A stretch of 64,000 bases of DNA, taken from NCBI GenBank assembly GCA_951406725.2, contig OX597824.1, positions 53,754,001 through 53,818,000 of the forward strand, read 5' to 3'. The stretch is from Octopus vulgaris. Lineage: Eukaryota. Below the pieces are notes generated by a model, which was not told the DNA's origin, searched no databases, and saw only the letters and a list, made by a program, of their open reading frames with translations. Positions 13,831 to 26,106 of the stretch are shown here, in pieces. The translations under genes were made by a program, and so were the position numbers. Position 1 is the stretch's first letter, and every line of letters starts with the position of its first letter.

Positions 13831-14112
13831 ATCTACTCATGAATAGGTCTATGTGATCACATGATATATGAAAAGGAGTTAAAGATAATGGTAATGATAT
13901 CTTGTAATAATCCTTATTATTATTATTATTGTTGTTGTTGTTAATAATAATAATAATCCTTATTATATATATATATATATACAGTCCACCCTCGTTATAC
14001 CGCCACCAGTGGGACCATGACAAATTGGCAGTTTAACAGGAGTGGCAGTAAATTGAGGGAGGCTTTCTGCAGTAGATATAAAGCCAATCATATAGTAAAT
14101 TTTATTATAACA

Positions 14113-14295
14113 CAGTGGCGTAGCTAACTTTTGGGAAGTGGGGAATGGGAAAAACCAGATTTTTGATGTGTAAACAAAATTTTCACATAAAAACTTCAAA
14201 AAAAAAAAAAGAAAAGGATAAATTTTGGAATTTGAGAGGAGAAGAAAATAGAAGATATTGCTCTCCCCCTCTCCTCTCTGCTAGTTATGCCCCTG
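14113..14295. mobile_element. hAT-family MITE
   Basis: TIRs cagtggcgtagcta / tagttatgcccctg and an 8-bp TSD ttataaca/ttatgaca. Confidence 0.8.
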
Positions 14296-15187
14296 TTATG
14301 ACATCAATTATAATGTAATGTGATTATCTTTTAGATTTTAGTTGAAATATTGGATCTTTTCGGTTTGAACAGCAGTTTTTAAAAATAATTTCCACATAAC
14401 TAAACACTTTTAAACTTCGTATACTGGTAGAATTTGTTTATAGAACATCTTTTTCTCTTGGCTTTATTGAGAAAATTCTATAGTTTGTAAGATATTTGTT
14501 GTTTTTTTTTTCTTCAATTTCTGCAATTTCAACCAATCAATGATGTCAATTGAGGTGAAAACATTCTGTGCCGTATGAAAATGTTCCTCGTTTAAGAAAC
14601 AGATTGGGTTTATTTACATTTCTGAAGAAAAAAAGATACCCTCCCCCACCCTAACCCTAACCCTTTGGTAAAATCTTTTGTTGTAAGCGATTTATTAGGT
14701 AATTGGCGAAAAAATAAACTTGTTTCATTGATATTAAAAATATTTCTTGGTTCAAATTTCTTTATTTTCTCTTTAGCATGCTAAAAACCAGCAGTAATGA
14801 GTTGTTGATCTGTACCAGCACTTTCACCAGGAAGAATGTGATATTTAATTGAGTATCTCTGCTTAAATCTATGAAGCCAACCATCGGAATAAGTGAAATC
14901 TTTTATATTCAATTCTGGACCAAGTTTCTTTGCATTGTTTCTCAAAATTTCATCTGTTATAACACCGTTGTTAGTACGACTACCAGCAAACCATAGAAAA
15001 AGAGCTTCTTCTAAATCTGTGTGTTTGGCAGTTTTTTGACATTTTTGCCTCTGGATCTTCAATAGCTTTCCACTTATCTTTCTGCTGAATAATGTCACCT
15101 ATAGTTCTTCGTTTGATATTTTCTCGCTATGCATTACTGAAATAATCTGCAATACTTTGTTGACTAGCTTTTGGATGAACTTCATAA

Positions 15188-15884
15188 TCTTTATATATAA
15201 AACTGAGAATGTGTGTCTGTCTGTCTGTGTGTTTCCCTAAAACTTGAGAACTACACAACCAATTTCATTCAAATTTTACACATGCCTTACTTAGGGTCCA
15301 TGTAGTTTCATGGGCAAAAAAAAAAATGTTCAACTTCTTGCCTAGAGCGAGCCCATAGCAATATCATATCTTCTCCACTATTTCAGTATTACGTGTTAAA
15401 AGTGAAACAAAAATATTTCTCCATTTTATGTCAGATACTTTCACTTTAACAATAAAAATAATAACAACAATTGAATTATATGTAGTAAGTAATATTTAAA
15501 ATCAAACTAAAGTATAATATAATCGTAACATAACAAAAGTAAAAATAGCAATTGGTATAAAATTACATCAATGACTTGAACTTGAATAAGTGGTTTCACA
15601 TGAATGGGAATAAATTAAAAATAAAATTAGCATGCAGAACTGGAATAGTCCAGATGGATAATAAAAAATTAAATTAAAGAAAAGACTATTGTCTATAAAA
15701 TATACAATGTAGAGAAAAAAGAAGATTTGAACACATGGAGGAAAGCACCTTCGAAAAGTGTCTTGGTGCGACTATGAAAGATATCTAATCAGTCTGTTAT
15801 ATATTTTGAGTATTGTTATCACTAGCGATATCAAGATATATGCACTAGCACTATGACCCGGCAACGACGAGTCTTTAATGCTAG
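15188..15884 (+). mobile_element. Non-autonomous Helitron
   Basis: 5' TC, 3' CTAG with a subterminal hairpin, inserted between A and T with no TSD. Removing it restores the Tigger frame (..VIKY/YEVH..). Confidence 0.85.
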
Positions 15885-16599
15885 TATTTAATAACTTCTT
15901 GTTTCTGTGATACTGTAATAGTACAGCATTTGCATTTATATGAAATAGCATTCATGTTGAAAAATGATACTGTAAAGAAAATAATCTCTTTTATAAACTT
16001 GTTCATCAATAAATTATGACCCAATTTTATGAGCAGAGAATATCAACTTATTGTCATTAGCAGATGCTAAATCAATTAAATGCTCTACTTTCCCAGTCTT
16101 GCTATTGTCTGTTAGCATGCTTAACTTGAAAGTTTGTGCCCTCTACATTTCTATCATGCATACATCTTTATAAATGCTATTCAAGTATGACAAAATTGTT
16201 TTAGTGGTAAATTTGTTGTGATTTGGCGGAGTTTTATGCTATTAAGGAACATTTGTGTCGCAAACTGCGTTGGTAGATGGTAGACATTGAGGGGCATAAA
16301 ATCGGGGGGAATTAAACGTTAGTTAACAACAATGGTGGAAATCAGGTCTGAATAATTTTATGGCAGTAAGTGGGGTTGGCAAAATATCAAGGTGACATAA
16401 GAGCAGGGGTAGACTGTATATACACACATACTTACTTGTGCAAACATGCTAGCTTTAAGATAGCATATTTTACATTGATTTTACATCATTGTATCACATA
16501 TTCCTATAGTGTATATGCATAAATATACACATTGCATGCAGGAGGGAACAGTGTTCAATGAAGGATGGTGTCTGTAGAGTAGGGAAATTTGGCTGCTAT

Positions 16600-17400
16600 T
16601 GAAAGGAATACTATGTGCATTATTAAAGTATACTGGAATTATTACTGAATATATTTTTCATGTATATCGTTACTGCAACATAGGTTTTCTTAGATTATTG
16701 TATAATCCCCAGGTTATTCCTGACATTTTAGTGAGTCCTTTCAGGTACATTTGTTGCATTGGAAAATCCTACAAATTATGCTCTGAAAGTCTGGTGTCTT
16801 CATAATGGCTATGATGGCTCTGCATTGTTTGTTCTTTGTGTTCAATCAGTGAAAACATTTTAAAAATCTTGTAGATGAATGGGTTGCCTGTACTGATGTT
16901 CTAAGTATTTGTTTAGTGTACTTATGGGGGATGAAATTGTTTAATGCTGAACTTTTTCTCTTAAAATAAGTTCAGTTTTATATAATGTATGTTGTATACT
17001 ATCATTGATATCTTCTACCACTAAAGCAATCATTTGATCTTCTGAAAGTTGTCATTCAAAGGCTGTAAATAACTTGTCAGAGTAGAAAAGTTTTCATGAT
17101 CATCATGTGCTGAGCCCAGTTTTATTGCAGCATCTTAGTAAGTGTGATAAACTACACCATTGACAGTTCTCATATCTTCAAATGATGTAGTTCCAGAAAA
17201 ATGATGCAATGCTGTGTTTGCTTGATCAGAGCTGACTCATTCATCTGAAATTGTTTTTGATGCTTTTCAAAATATTTAAAAGATTTTAAGGCTAGTTGTG
17301 CTGATATGTTTTATTAAACCTGTCACAAATTAGTCACTGCTAAGCATCCCCACTCTCTCCCCAAGCATCGTACATTTATTGTGAAACATGGTTAAACAAT
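16600..17400 (-). mobile_element. Degenerate Helitron Rep/helicase fragment
   Basis: Minus-strand translation GTTSFEDMRTVNGVVYHTY*DAAIKLG..DD matches the RepHel SFEDLRTV motif. Confidence 0.7.
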
Positions 17401-17846
17401 TCTGTATGTCAGATTCATTCTATAAATTTACTGATATTTAATAGCAATGTATGATGAAAAGAAAAATACTAAATTACATTAATTAGATGTACTAATCAAA
17501 TACTAATTAGATTTACCATTGTTCAAAACAATGAAATATGCATTTTTAATACTGTATTCATTACTAAACACAGTATCTTCATAAATAGCATTATTCTCTC
17601 TACATTTATGTGTAATGAAAAATTAAGCCCATCACATTTACATTATCGTCACCCTTTTGATGCAAACAAAATGAAAGAAATGCACCGCATCTTAAATGCA
17701 TACAAAAAAAGAATGCACAAACTGTAGTCCAGTCATGAACATCTCTCCAGCTCAGTATAAAAGCAGTCAATAAAAACATGTGTTACCAGACATGTATCCT
17801 TTAAAATTATATTGATGTGTCTGTGTGTGTGTGCAACAATATATAA

Positions 17847-18027
17847 CAGTGCTCTGCAACGATTTTTCATTTGTGGTTACATTTTTTTCAAAATTTGGCA
17901 GCACACCTGAACTAAAAATATAACTAAAAGTATAGGGAAAAAAATTATATTGAGGTTACACTGAGGGACACCTAGCATCGTCTCATGTAATACCAGTGTG
18001 TTATGGCATACCAGTTGTGGAGCACAG
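17847..18027. mobile_element. hAT/Charlie-like MITE
   Basis: TIR-like ends cagtgctctgcaac / gttgtggagcacag with a degenerate 8-bp TSD. Confidence 0.55.
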
Positions 18028-19157
18028 ATACACAAGAGTAAGATCTAGGGAACCAAAAGCAGGAAGTTTGAAGCTTCAAGCAGTCCATGGCAGATTATTG
18101 GCATTCAAGGTAAAACACTTTTCCCCATATTGAAGATATGAGGAAATTTAATAAGTTGCGTTTCTTTATAGCATTATAGCAACTAGAATTGCTACTAGTG
18201 CAAATAAAAATCCAAACTGAGAGAATGGAATGGGTAAAATTCAGGCTACATATGTTTCTTAACTAGCTGATCCTCTGATGTAATAGTTACTCAATGAGGG
18301 ATGCTCAACTTAGCTAATCATCAGGCTGAGATTATCTTAATGAAATGAAGATTACATTGTCTCTTGGAATTTCCAAGTTAAATCACTACAGATGTGAAGT
18401 GAAATGAATAGTGAAGCTGGAAGTACAGAATAAAAAAATTAATTAAATAAATATAAAAAAAAAAGATCAAGTGCTACGAAAGGAAAGGATGGGGTCAGAT
18501 ATGTGGGAGTTGTATAGAGTTGATAGGAATGAAGTAAAAGAGAGAGGGAGGAAGAAAGAGGAAAGAGATAGGAGTGGAGTGTCGCTGTCTTTAGGGGGAA
18601 AACATAGTAGTTATAAATACTTAACTGAGAAGGGTGAAGTTAAAGACTGGCTGACTGCTTAGTGTTGATCTCCTAGTGGATAACTGGTGGTGCTGGTACT
18701 GCAGACCATTGGTCTACATTGCAGTACACATACATGAAAGATATCATAATAGATAAACAAACGAAGCAACCTTATAATTAACTGTAAACACAAATTACAT
18801 AACACATTCTTACCGTACAACTGCTAGTGTCTCAGCCTGATATCTCCCTTGCTAATCTTCCTACATCTTCTCTACTTTGATTTCCCTTAAGTATTTATAA
18901 TCATAATCTTTTAGTATACCTTTATATATTTCATTTATTTCATTTGTGGTCTCTTCATATTCTCTACTTTCCAACTTTCCCTTACTTGTTTTATATAATC
19001 TCCCATTTTTCTCTACTTTTTTCTTTTCGCTGATGTACATTTACACCTACCTTTAAGTGAGAGAATCGCCTTTTGTAAACTTAGAAACATCAAATTATTA
19101 AAGTGGAAAAATTATCAGAAAAGCCATTTCTATTCATTTTTACAAATATATATAGAG

Positions 19158-19463
19158 ATAAAATAAAAAAGGGTGAAAAAACTACAGAAGGCTTGTATTA
19201 TAAGGTTAAAGAATATATCTAAGTTAGAAAAATGTTAGAAAATGTTTGTGTATAGTAACATAGTTTTTGGAGAAATAACCGGTTTCGTATTTTCTTTTCA
19301 AATTTCTCAAATTTGTTTATCTACATCATGTCAATGATTTCTCCAAAAACTATGTTACTATACACAAAAAATTTTCTAACATTTTTCTAACATAACAACT
19401 TAAATATATTCTGTAACCTTATAACACAAGCCTTCTGTAGTTTTTTCACTCTTTTTTATTTTT
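19158..19463. repeat. Imperfect ~120-bp inverted repeat (foldback) around a hammerhead-like motif
   Basis: Arm 19158-19276 is the reverse complement of arm 19337-19463, with scattered mismatches and one short indel. Confidence 0.9.
19273..19314 (-). ncRNA. Degenerate minimal hammerhead ribozyme motif (U3-A8 variant)
   Basis: Minus strand reads AAAT-TTGAGAA-(ATTT..AAAT AC)-GAAA-CCGG-TT-ATTT. Helix I has 4 bp, helix III is the palindrome ACCGGT, and helix II is damaged. Confidence 0.5.
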
Positions 19464-19517
19464 TATACATCCAACCACATGCTTTCACACACCAACTTTT
19501 TCACCTATATATATATA

Positions 19518-19811
19518 TGGAGGCACAATGGCACAGCAGTTAGGGCAGCGGACTCGTGGTCGTAGGATTGCGGTTTCGATCCCCAGGCAGGGCGTTGTGT
19601 TTATTGAGCGAAAACACCTAAAGTACCACAAGGCTCCAGCAGGGGGTGGTGGCGATCCATGCTGTACTCTTTCACCGCAAATTTCTCTCACTCTTTCTTC
19701 TGTTGGCCTGCTCACTTAGCCAGCAGAGTGGCATCATTTGAAGGCTAAAACAATGCGCTTTGCATTGCGACCAGCGATGTGTAGCAACATCTGATATCCT
19801 GGTCGGTCACA

Positions 19812-19815
<4 letters not shown>
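19518..19815 (+). mobile_element. tRNA-derived SINE (second family)
   Basis: tRNA-like head (tggcacagcagttagggcagcggactcg...ggtttcgatccc) flanked by (TA)n. Confidence 0.7.
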
Positions 19816-19849
<34 letters not shown>

Positions 19850-19912
19850 ATGTCGGTGCTCCAGCATGGGTACAGCCTCAAGGCTGAAACATAAAAGAAT
19901 ATATATATATAT

Positions 19913-20509
19913 ATCATCATCATCATTTAGCATCCGCTTTCCATGCGAGCATGGGTTGAACGGTTCAACTGGGGTCTGTGAAGCCGGAAGGCTGCATCAG
20001 GCCCAGTCTGATCTGGCAGTGTTTCTACGGCTGGATGCCCTTCCTAACGCCAACCACTCCGTGAGTGTAGTGGATGCTTTTTATGTGCCACCCGCACAGG
20101 TGCCAGACGGAGCTGGCAAACGGCCACGAACGGATGGTGCTTTTACGTGCCACCGGCACAGGGGCCAGGCAAGGCTGGCAACGGACACGAACGGATGGTG
20201 CTTTTACGTGCCACCGGCACGGGGGCCAGGCGGGGCTGGCAACGGACACGAACGGATGGTGCTTTTACGTGCCACCAGCACGGGGGCAGGCGAGGCTGGC
20301 AATGGACACGAATGGATGGTGCTTTTTACGTGCCACCGGCACGGAGGCCAGACGGGGCGGCGCCGGCAACGGCCACGATCGGATGGTTCGCTTAATCAGA
20401 GCTGCAATTTCCACTGATGTTGATTGACCTCAATTTTGGTTCTGCTTTCTGATATCTGATTTGATTTGGTTTGATTTTGATTTTGACTGTTCTCACTGGT
20501 CTTGCTGGG

Positions 20510-20510
<1 letters not shown>
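19913..20510 (-). mobile_element. RTE LINE 3' UTR copy with a 61-bp minisatellite
   Basis: (CAT)n end and reverse-complement match to 9900-10470. About 5 tandem units at 20072-20390. Confidence 0.85.
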
Positions 20511-20546
<36 letters not shown>

Positions 20547-20559
20547 CACACACACAAAT

Positions 20560-21330
20560 AATGAATCCCAGCGTTGTCAGGGTGTTATGATCTACAGTCA
20601 CATTGTATTATTTGTTCTTTTCTTATGGGCAGAATCAGCACAGTGCTGATATATATAGTGAACTGGATTACTGGAAGTTATTGTTTGTTTAAAAGTGAAG
20701 GGGGGAGGGTACAATTTGCATGGGTTTTCATGAAAGTGCTTTCTGTTCTTAAGAAGGATCAAAAACTATATATTGTTTCATCATATAAAAGGAGGTTAAT
20801 ACGGTTTTGTCCAGAAATCATGTTTTCAAAATTTAAATTTCCCCCCAAACCCACCGCAATTTCTTAATTTGCAACTTGTCCCCTTTTGGTTCAAATTGAA
20901 AGTGTGAAACTATTTACACTTTCTAATGAAACCTGGTTGTTGTAGAGCAGTGTATTTCAAATAACTATAGCTGGTTGTTGAGATAATGAGGAAAATATGT
21001 AAATGAAAATAAAGTTCATTTGACATGTGTAATTGATTTGATTGTTGGTAAGAATAGAAGTCATTTGACGACAGCTTTTTGTTTGTAATTGGCTCTTCTG
21101 TTGCAGGTTCAATCTATGAAATATTGAAACGATACCCATCTTGTGCATTTCACAGAATAAGAGGATACTGGAGAGCATCATAAGAGGGACGAGTCTGTGA
21201 AACAAGTTTAACCCTTTCATTAACATATTTATTTTGAGATGCTCTGTATTTCTTTCAATTAATTTTAAATATAACAAAGAATTTAGTAAAATAACTTAGT
21301 TGTTATTAAGCTAGTGTTAGGAACAGAAAT
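20560..21330 (-). mobile_element. Non-autonomous Helitron-like element, same family as 33749-36130
   Basis: About 300 bp near-identical to 33765-34050, starting at the terminal hairpin (cccagcgttgtcaggg). Confidence 0.6.
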
Positions 21331-21332
21331 TT

Positions 21333-21482
21333 GGCGTTAGGAAGGGCATCCAGCTGTAGAAACATTGCCAGATAAGACTGGAGCCTGGTGCAGCCTTCTG
21401 GCTTCCCAGATCCCCGGTCGAACCGTCCAACCCATGCTAGCATGGAGAACGGACGTTAAACGATGATGATGATGATGATGAT
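21333..21482 (+). mobile_element. RTE 3' tail copy
   Basis: ggcgttaggaagggcatccagctg...ggacgttaaacgatgatg. Confidence 0.9.
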
Positions 21483-21573
21483 ATATATATGTACTCATAT
21501 ATATATATATACACACACATATATATATATATAGATACACATATATATACACACACACATACATATATTATAT

Positions 21574-23150
21574 ATCTACTACATATGTGAAAAATCGGTG
21601 CGTGTTTGTGGCGTTCTTAGCTAACTCCTCCTGCATCGTTTTATTGATCTCCATGAAACTTGACATGTGAGTAGAACTCATGTCTGGAAATCTTGTGACA
21701 TATTTAGATTGTTGAGTAAATTGATAATATAGCCCCTGGAAGGGATCTTTATATCTACCTCATATAACTAATTTTTTTTAAACACCCAAAGGAAATAACC
21801 CACAAGACCAATATATTTTAAAACACTCAAGGGGAATAACCCACAGTACCTGCACTTACAGTTGTTAATTTTTAGCAAAGGAATCAATATTTGATTCTCA
21901 CGATCAGCAGACCAAATTCTGCATTTCACTACTCCATTTTCAACTGCTAAACCTTATTATTGCACTTTCTTAATGCATGTACAGTTTCATTGCCCATAAC
22001 TCCAATAATTCTGCATTTTTCCAGTTAAATTCTTTTGATGACAGTACATAAATTCTTGATTCCAATACAATGAACTCATACTCATACTATGAATGCTTAG
22101 AATTCTTAAAATATGAAACCAAACTTCCACACCACATTCAGTTGGGACACCGTGTATCACTTATACTTATTTTACAAATCATAATATTTATTGCTTATTT
22201 ACAGTTCATACAACATTTTCATGAAACATGATTTGTGAAAACGTACATAACGATGCATTAGAATATTTATAAACTCCATCCATTGAAACTGAAATCACTG
22301 TGTCCAGATGTGAAATTAACTCTAACCAACAAACAGGATTCAATCAAGGATTGATGATGTCAGCAAGCAATTAGCCATTCAGATGTCGTGTAGAAACATT
22401 AAGAACTAGTTTTTATCAGTATCTCATTGACCAGCAAAAAAAAAGAACAATAGAACCAGTAGATGCTTAACTCATTAGAATTTCAGTTATGATAAACAAC
22501 ATATTGAAATGTCATTAATGATCTTATCTTTGGCAACTTTTCTTTGACAGACCATGGCTATGTATAGATAGCTTGCCTGGTAACTGCACCTACTGGGGAC
22601 CTGAGAATATGCATATTACGGAGGAACATCATATTATGATGGCTCTTATCATCAAAAGGATGAATTAGATCATTCTTTTTTGACAATATTGTTACCAGTC
22701 CTATTTACTTGGAACTTGCTGCAATAATTTGTTATGCCAAGCATTCAAGAGGACTTTGCAGATGTGATGTTTTATTTCTACCAGGATGGGGCACTGTTAC
22801 GAAATTTTGCCAAGTAGATTGAATGGATGAGATTCAGTAGAAAACCATTTGTGTTCACCAAACATGACACTGCTAAACTCTCTTTTTTTAAGGGGATGAT
22901 TAAAAGATGAAGATTATGGTACAAAACTGGCAACAGTCAACGAATTGGGGGCAACCTTTGAACAAGAGTGTGCACAAATACAGAATGAAATGTTTCTTGA
23001 TGTTTGCAATTCCATTGCTTTGTGTTCAGCAGTGCCTGAAGCAGAAGAGTCATCAGTTTGAAAACAGATGTTCACCAAAACAATCTAACACTCTATATTG
23101 AAAATGAAATGTATTACAATGAACACCCAGTATATACATAAATACATTTG
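21574..23150 (+). mobile_element. Probable degenerate Helitron
   Basis: Helitron-type 5' end (atctactacatat...) followed by decayed coding-like sequence. No clean motif is recoverable. Confidence 0.35.
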
Positions 23151-23448
23151 TAAATGCATATATGTATGTTCATATCTGTAATTGCTTGTACAAAAGTGCA
23201 GCAAGCAGTGTTGCTGTCAGCTTCTCTCGTAAACAAATTGTCTTAGTCACTTCATGCTTTTAAAGCCATGCAGAATAAGTGATTCCATACATGTAAAACC
23301 TCAATATATTCATCCAACTCATGCAAGCATGGAAAATTTATCATAAAACAAATTAATAAAGCAAGCTAACAACTGTTACAGGACTACTAAAAGAAAACTG
23401 AAAACAAACATCTTCCAAAAGCTAAAAATAGAATATTATTTCACAAAC

Positions 23449-23586
23449 CTCTCGAACTTTAATGTTTCCAGGTGTCCCTGAGACTCGAGGTATCAAAATT
23501 GGTTCCAAGTCCAGATTCCAAAAGTCACTGAAATTTCCAAGTTTTGTTAAATTTTTCATTCCATTCTCACCATATAATTTTTTTTC
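23449..23586 (-). CDS. QPCT: QPCT coding exon 2 (EKKLYGENGMKNLTKLGNFSDFWNLDLEPILIPRVSGTPGNIKVRE)
   Basis: Acceptor tttcag, donor GAG|gtttgt, 138 nt, phase 0/0. It carries the QC motif L.PILIPRVSG.PGN..VR and an N-glycosylation sequon (NLT). Confidence 0.9.
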
Positions 23587-23899
23587 CTGAAATATCAAAT
23601 TATATACATATAGGTTCAAGCATAGATGTGTGGTTACAAAGCTCATTTTTTAGCCACATAGTTTTGACAAGCGTCTTCTGCTATAGCCCCAGGCTGAGCA
23701 ATGCCTTGCCAGTGTGTGGGCATACACATGGTGTGTGTGCATGCATGTGTCCCTCTCTCACTGCTTGATAACAAGTGTTGATTTGTTTAAATTCCCATAA
23801 GTAGTTGGTGTTCAGCAAAAGAGACTGATAGAATAAGTACAAAACTTAAAAATAAGTAACTGGGGTCAATTTGTTTGACTAAACCCTTCCAAAGACTAA

Positions 23900-24433
23900 A
23901 GTAAGTTTTCTGCTCACTCTCTCTCTTAGCCTTTGCTCTCCCCTCTGGCTGAGTAATCATGTATCTCCTCTACAGCAATAAACCTGTTTCTGCCCTCATT
24001 CTTGTTAACTCTCGCTCTCTTTCTCTTCCTCTCTCTCACTGGGTAACCATGGACCTCCTCTACAGCAAGACATCTGTTTCTGCCTCTCTGTCACACTAAT
24101 CTTTCATAATCTGACATAAGATCGCCTCCTCCAATGCTCCCTCCCTTCTCAAAAAGTCTTTGTCTTGCAAAGTCACTTGGTGAACCCACCAGTGCAGGTA
24201 CCACTTAAAAAGCATCCAGTCCACACTGTAAAAACCATGCCAAAACTGACCTCGCCTGTGCAAGTGCCACATAAAATGTACTCAGCCCACTTTATGGAGT
24301 GGTTGGTGTTAGGAAGGGCATCTAGCTGTAAAAACCATACCCAAACAGATGCAGAAGCATAGCACAGGCTCCCTCCTGTCAAACTGTCCAACTTATGCCA
24401 GCATGGAAGGAGAACATTAAATTATGATGATGA
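23900..24433 (+). mobile_element. RTE-related 3' UTR/tail copy
   Basis: ggagtggttggtgttaggaagggcatc...atgatgatg, similar to the reverse complement of 37445-38000. Confidence 0.75.
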
Positions 24434-24967
24434 TAAAAATATATGTAAGTGGAAAACAGCTCTTCTTTAAAACATATCCTACTGTAAACATTATTATATT
24501 AGTATTGTACTTATTGTCTGAAAGAAGTACTTGTTGTGAAATGCAGATATTGTTCACATACAATCTCAGCTATAGTTAACAACAATACTGACCATTGTAC
24601 AATTAGTGAAAGTTCTAAGCTTATATTTTATCATAGTTAAGTTTTATTTTCACAGATATTACCCCCACACTTACCATTGCATCATAACAAAATAAAATTC
24701 AAAGAATATTGTCTTTTCAAAAAGTTTTTATTTTTTTAATGTAAACTACAAGATTCCATAGGGCTAGTGTTTAACTCTAGTTTCTATAAGCAAATCAGAG
24801 AAATCCCATCAGTTATAAAAGGATGAGAATTGATTACATTTTAAATTTCTCAAAAGATTTAAACCATGAATTGAAGATTCAGATCTTTTATCCATTCAGC
24901 TATTTTGTTACTTTAGCTCGCATAAAATCTAAAATCAGACGCATCTAAAATATTGCTTAATATATAA

Positions 24968-25250
24968 GCACAGGCATAGCTGTGTGCTGAAAAGCTTGCT
25001 TCCAGACCATGTGGTCTTGCACAGTACCTTGGGCAAATATCTTCAACTGTAGCTGTTCCCTACCACTGCTCAACAACTGTTGTTGGTTTGTTTACACCCT
25101 GTAACTTAGTGGTTCAGCAGAAAAATACCAATAGAGTAAGTATCAAGTTTAAAAATAAATACTGGAGTCAATCTGTTCAGCTAAATGCCTCATAGCAGTG
25201 CTCCAACATGGCCACAGTCCAAAGACTGAAACAAGTAAAAGATAATAAAA
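24968..25250 (+). mobile_element. tRNA-derived SINE, degenerate
   Basis: accttgggcaa core and tail gtgctccaacatggccacagtccaaagactgaaacaagtaaaaga. Confidence 0.8.
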
Positions 25251-25443
25251 GATATAAAATGATTAACTTTCAACAGATGTTCATTATTAGAAATGAACTT
25301 TATGAGGCCTCATTTTTAACCAAGAAGTTCTCATCTAAATATAATCTATAAACTTCAGACTGAGCATATGTAGCACAGATTTTATCCTTTTAAATCATGA
25401 ATTCAGAACAGCAAAGGAAATCTTTGAAACTTTTAGTCTAATA

Positions 25444-25548
25444 TCTTCACCACAGTAACTACTATATAACAGTCTATTATTAAAAGCTAGGTACATGCAT
25501 GATTAACCAATATTTTTACTGGTAGCACAGCGACAGATAAAGCCCTAG
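25444..25548 (+). mobile_element. Miniature Helitron-like element
   Basis: TC...CTAG between A and T. The 3' ~80 bp resemble 41680-41760. Confidence 0.55.
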
Positions 25549-26106
25549 TTAGGATATAAACAGACTAAGCTCAAAATAGACCACATTGCTTATATCTTAA
25601 TCAATTTACTGTGTACATCTGATGTTTTCATGCAACACTAAAATTGTTTAATATTAGAATTAAAAATCTATTATACAAAATACTGAAACCCATCCTGAAA
25701 TCATATTTAGCCCTTTAGTATACAAATTGGTCATATCCAGCCATAATATTCTATTTGTTTTATGTTCAAACTGGCCAAATACAGTCTCCTACATCTATCC
25801 TATGTCATACTAAAAGTAAACAAACCCATAATTGAAATCCCAAAGCTACAAGATAATGCATGACTAATTCCAAAAAAGCAATACATTTGACAAACTAATC
25901 TGAATTCTAAAAGATTAAAATAAATAATATTCTTAAACTACATAACAAATAGTAACATTACTCTGTTACAATAAGTTTAAAATTTTTTTTATAAAACTTG
26001 TTAGAAGAATTAATCAACTGATTTTGAATATTTAATTTCTTAAGTTGATGGTTGTACTTTTGAGATGTAGGCACACTTACCATCTTGAGCTTCACACTGA
26101 TGTCAG

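Larger units (their letters stand above)
13982..16416 (-). mobile_element. pogo/Tigger DNA transposon, deleted, with nested insertions
   Basis: TIRs cagtccaccctc... / ...ggggtagactg flanked by TA. CENP-B-type HTH ORF (LEEALFLWF...YSDGWLHRFKQRY...GESAGTD) starting at ATG 15955. Confidence 0.85.

Noticed and set aside
14649-14664. Telomeric repeat
   Set aside because: Fewer than 3 units, internal to a repeat; not a telomere.
19518-19590. Possible tRNA gene
   Set aside because: No complete cloverleaf, and it continues into a SINE body. The same applies to 33297-33370.
20072-20390. CRISPR-like repeat/spacer appearance
   Set aside because: The linkers are homologous to each other, the array lies in a LINE 3' UTR, the context is eukaryotic and there are no cas genes.
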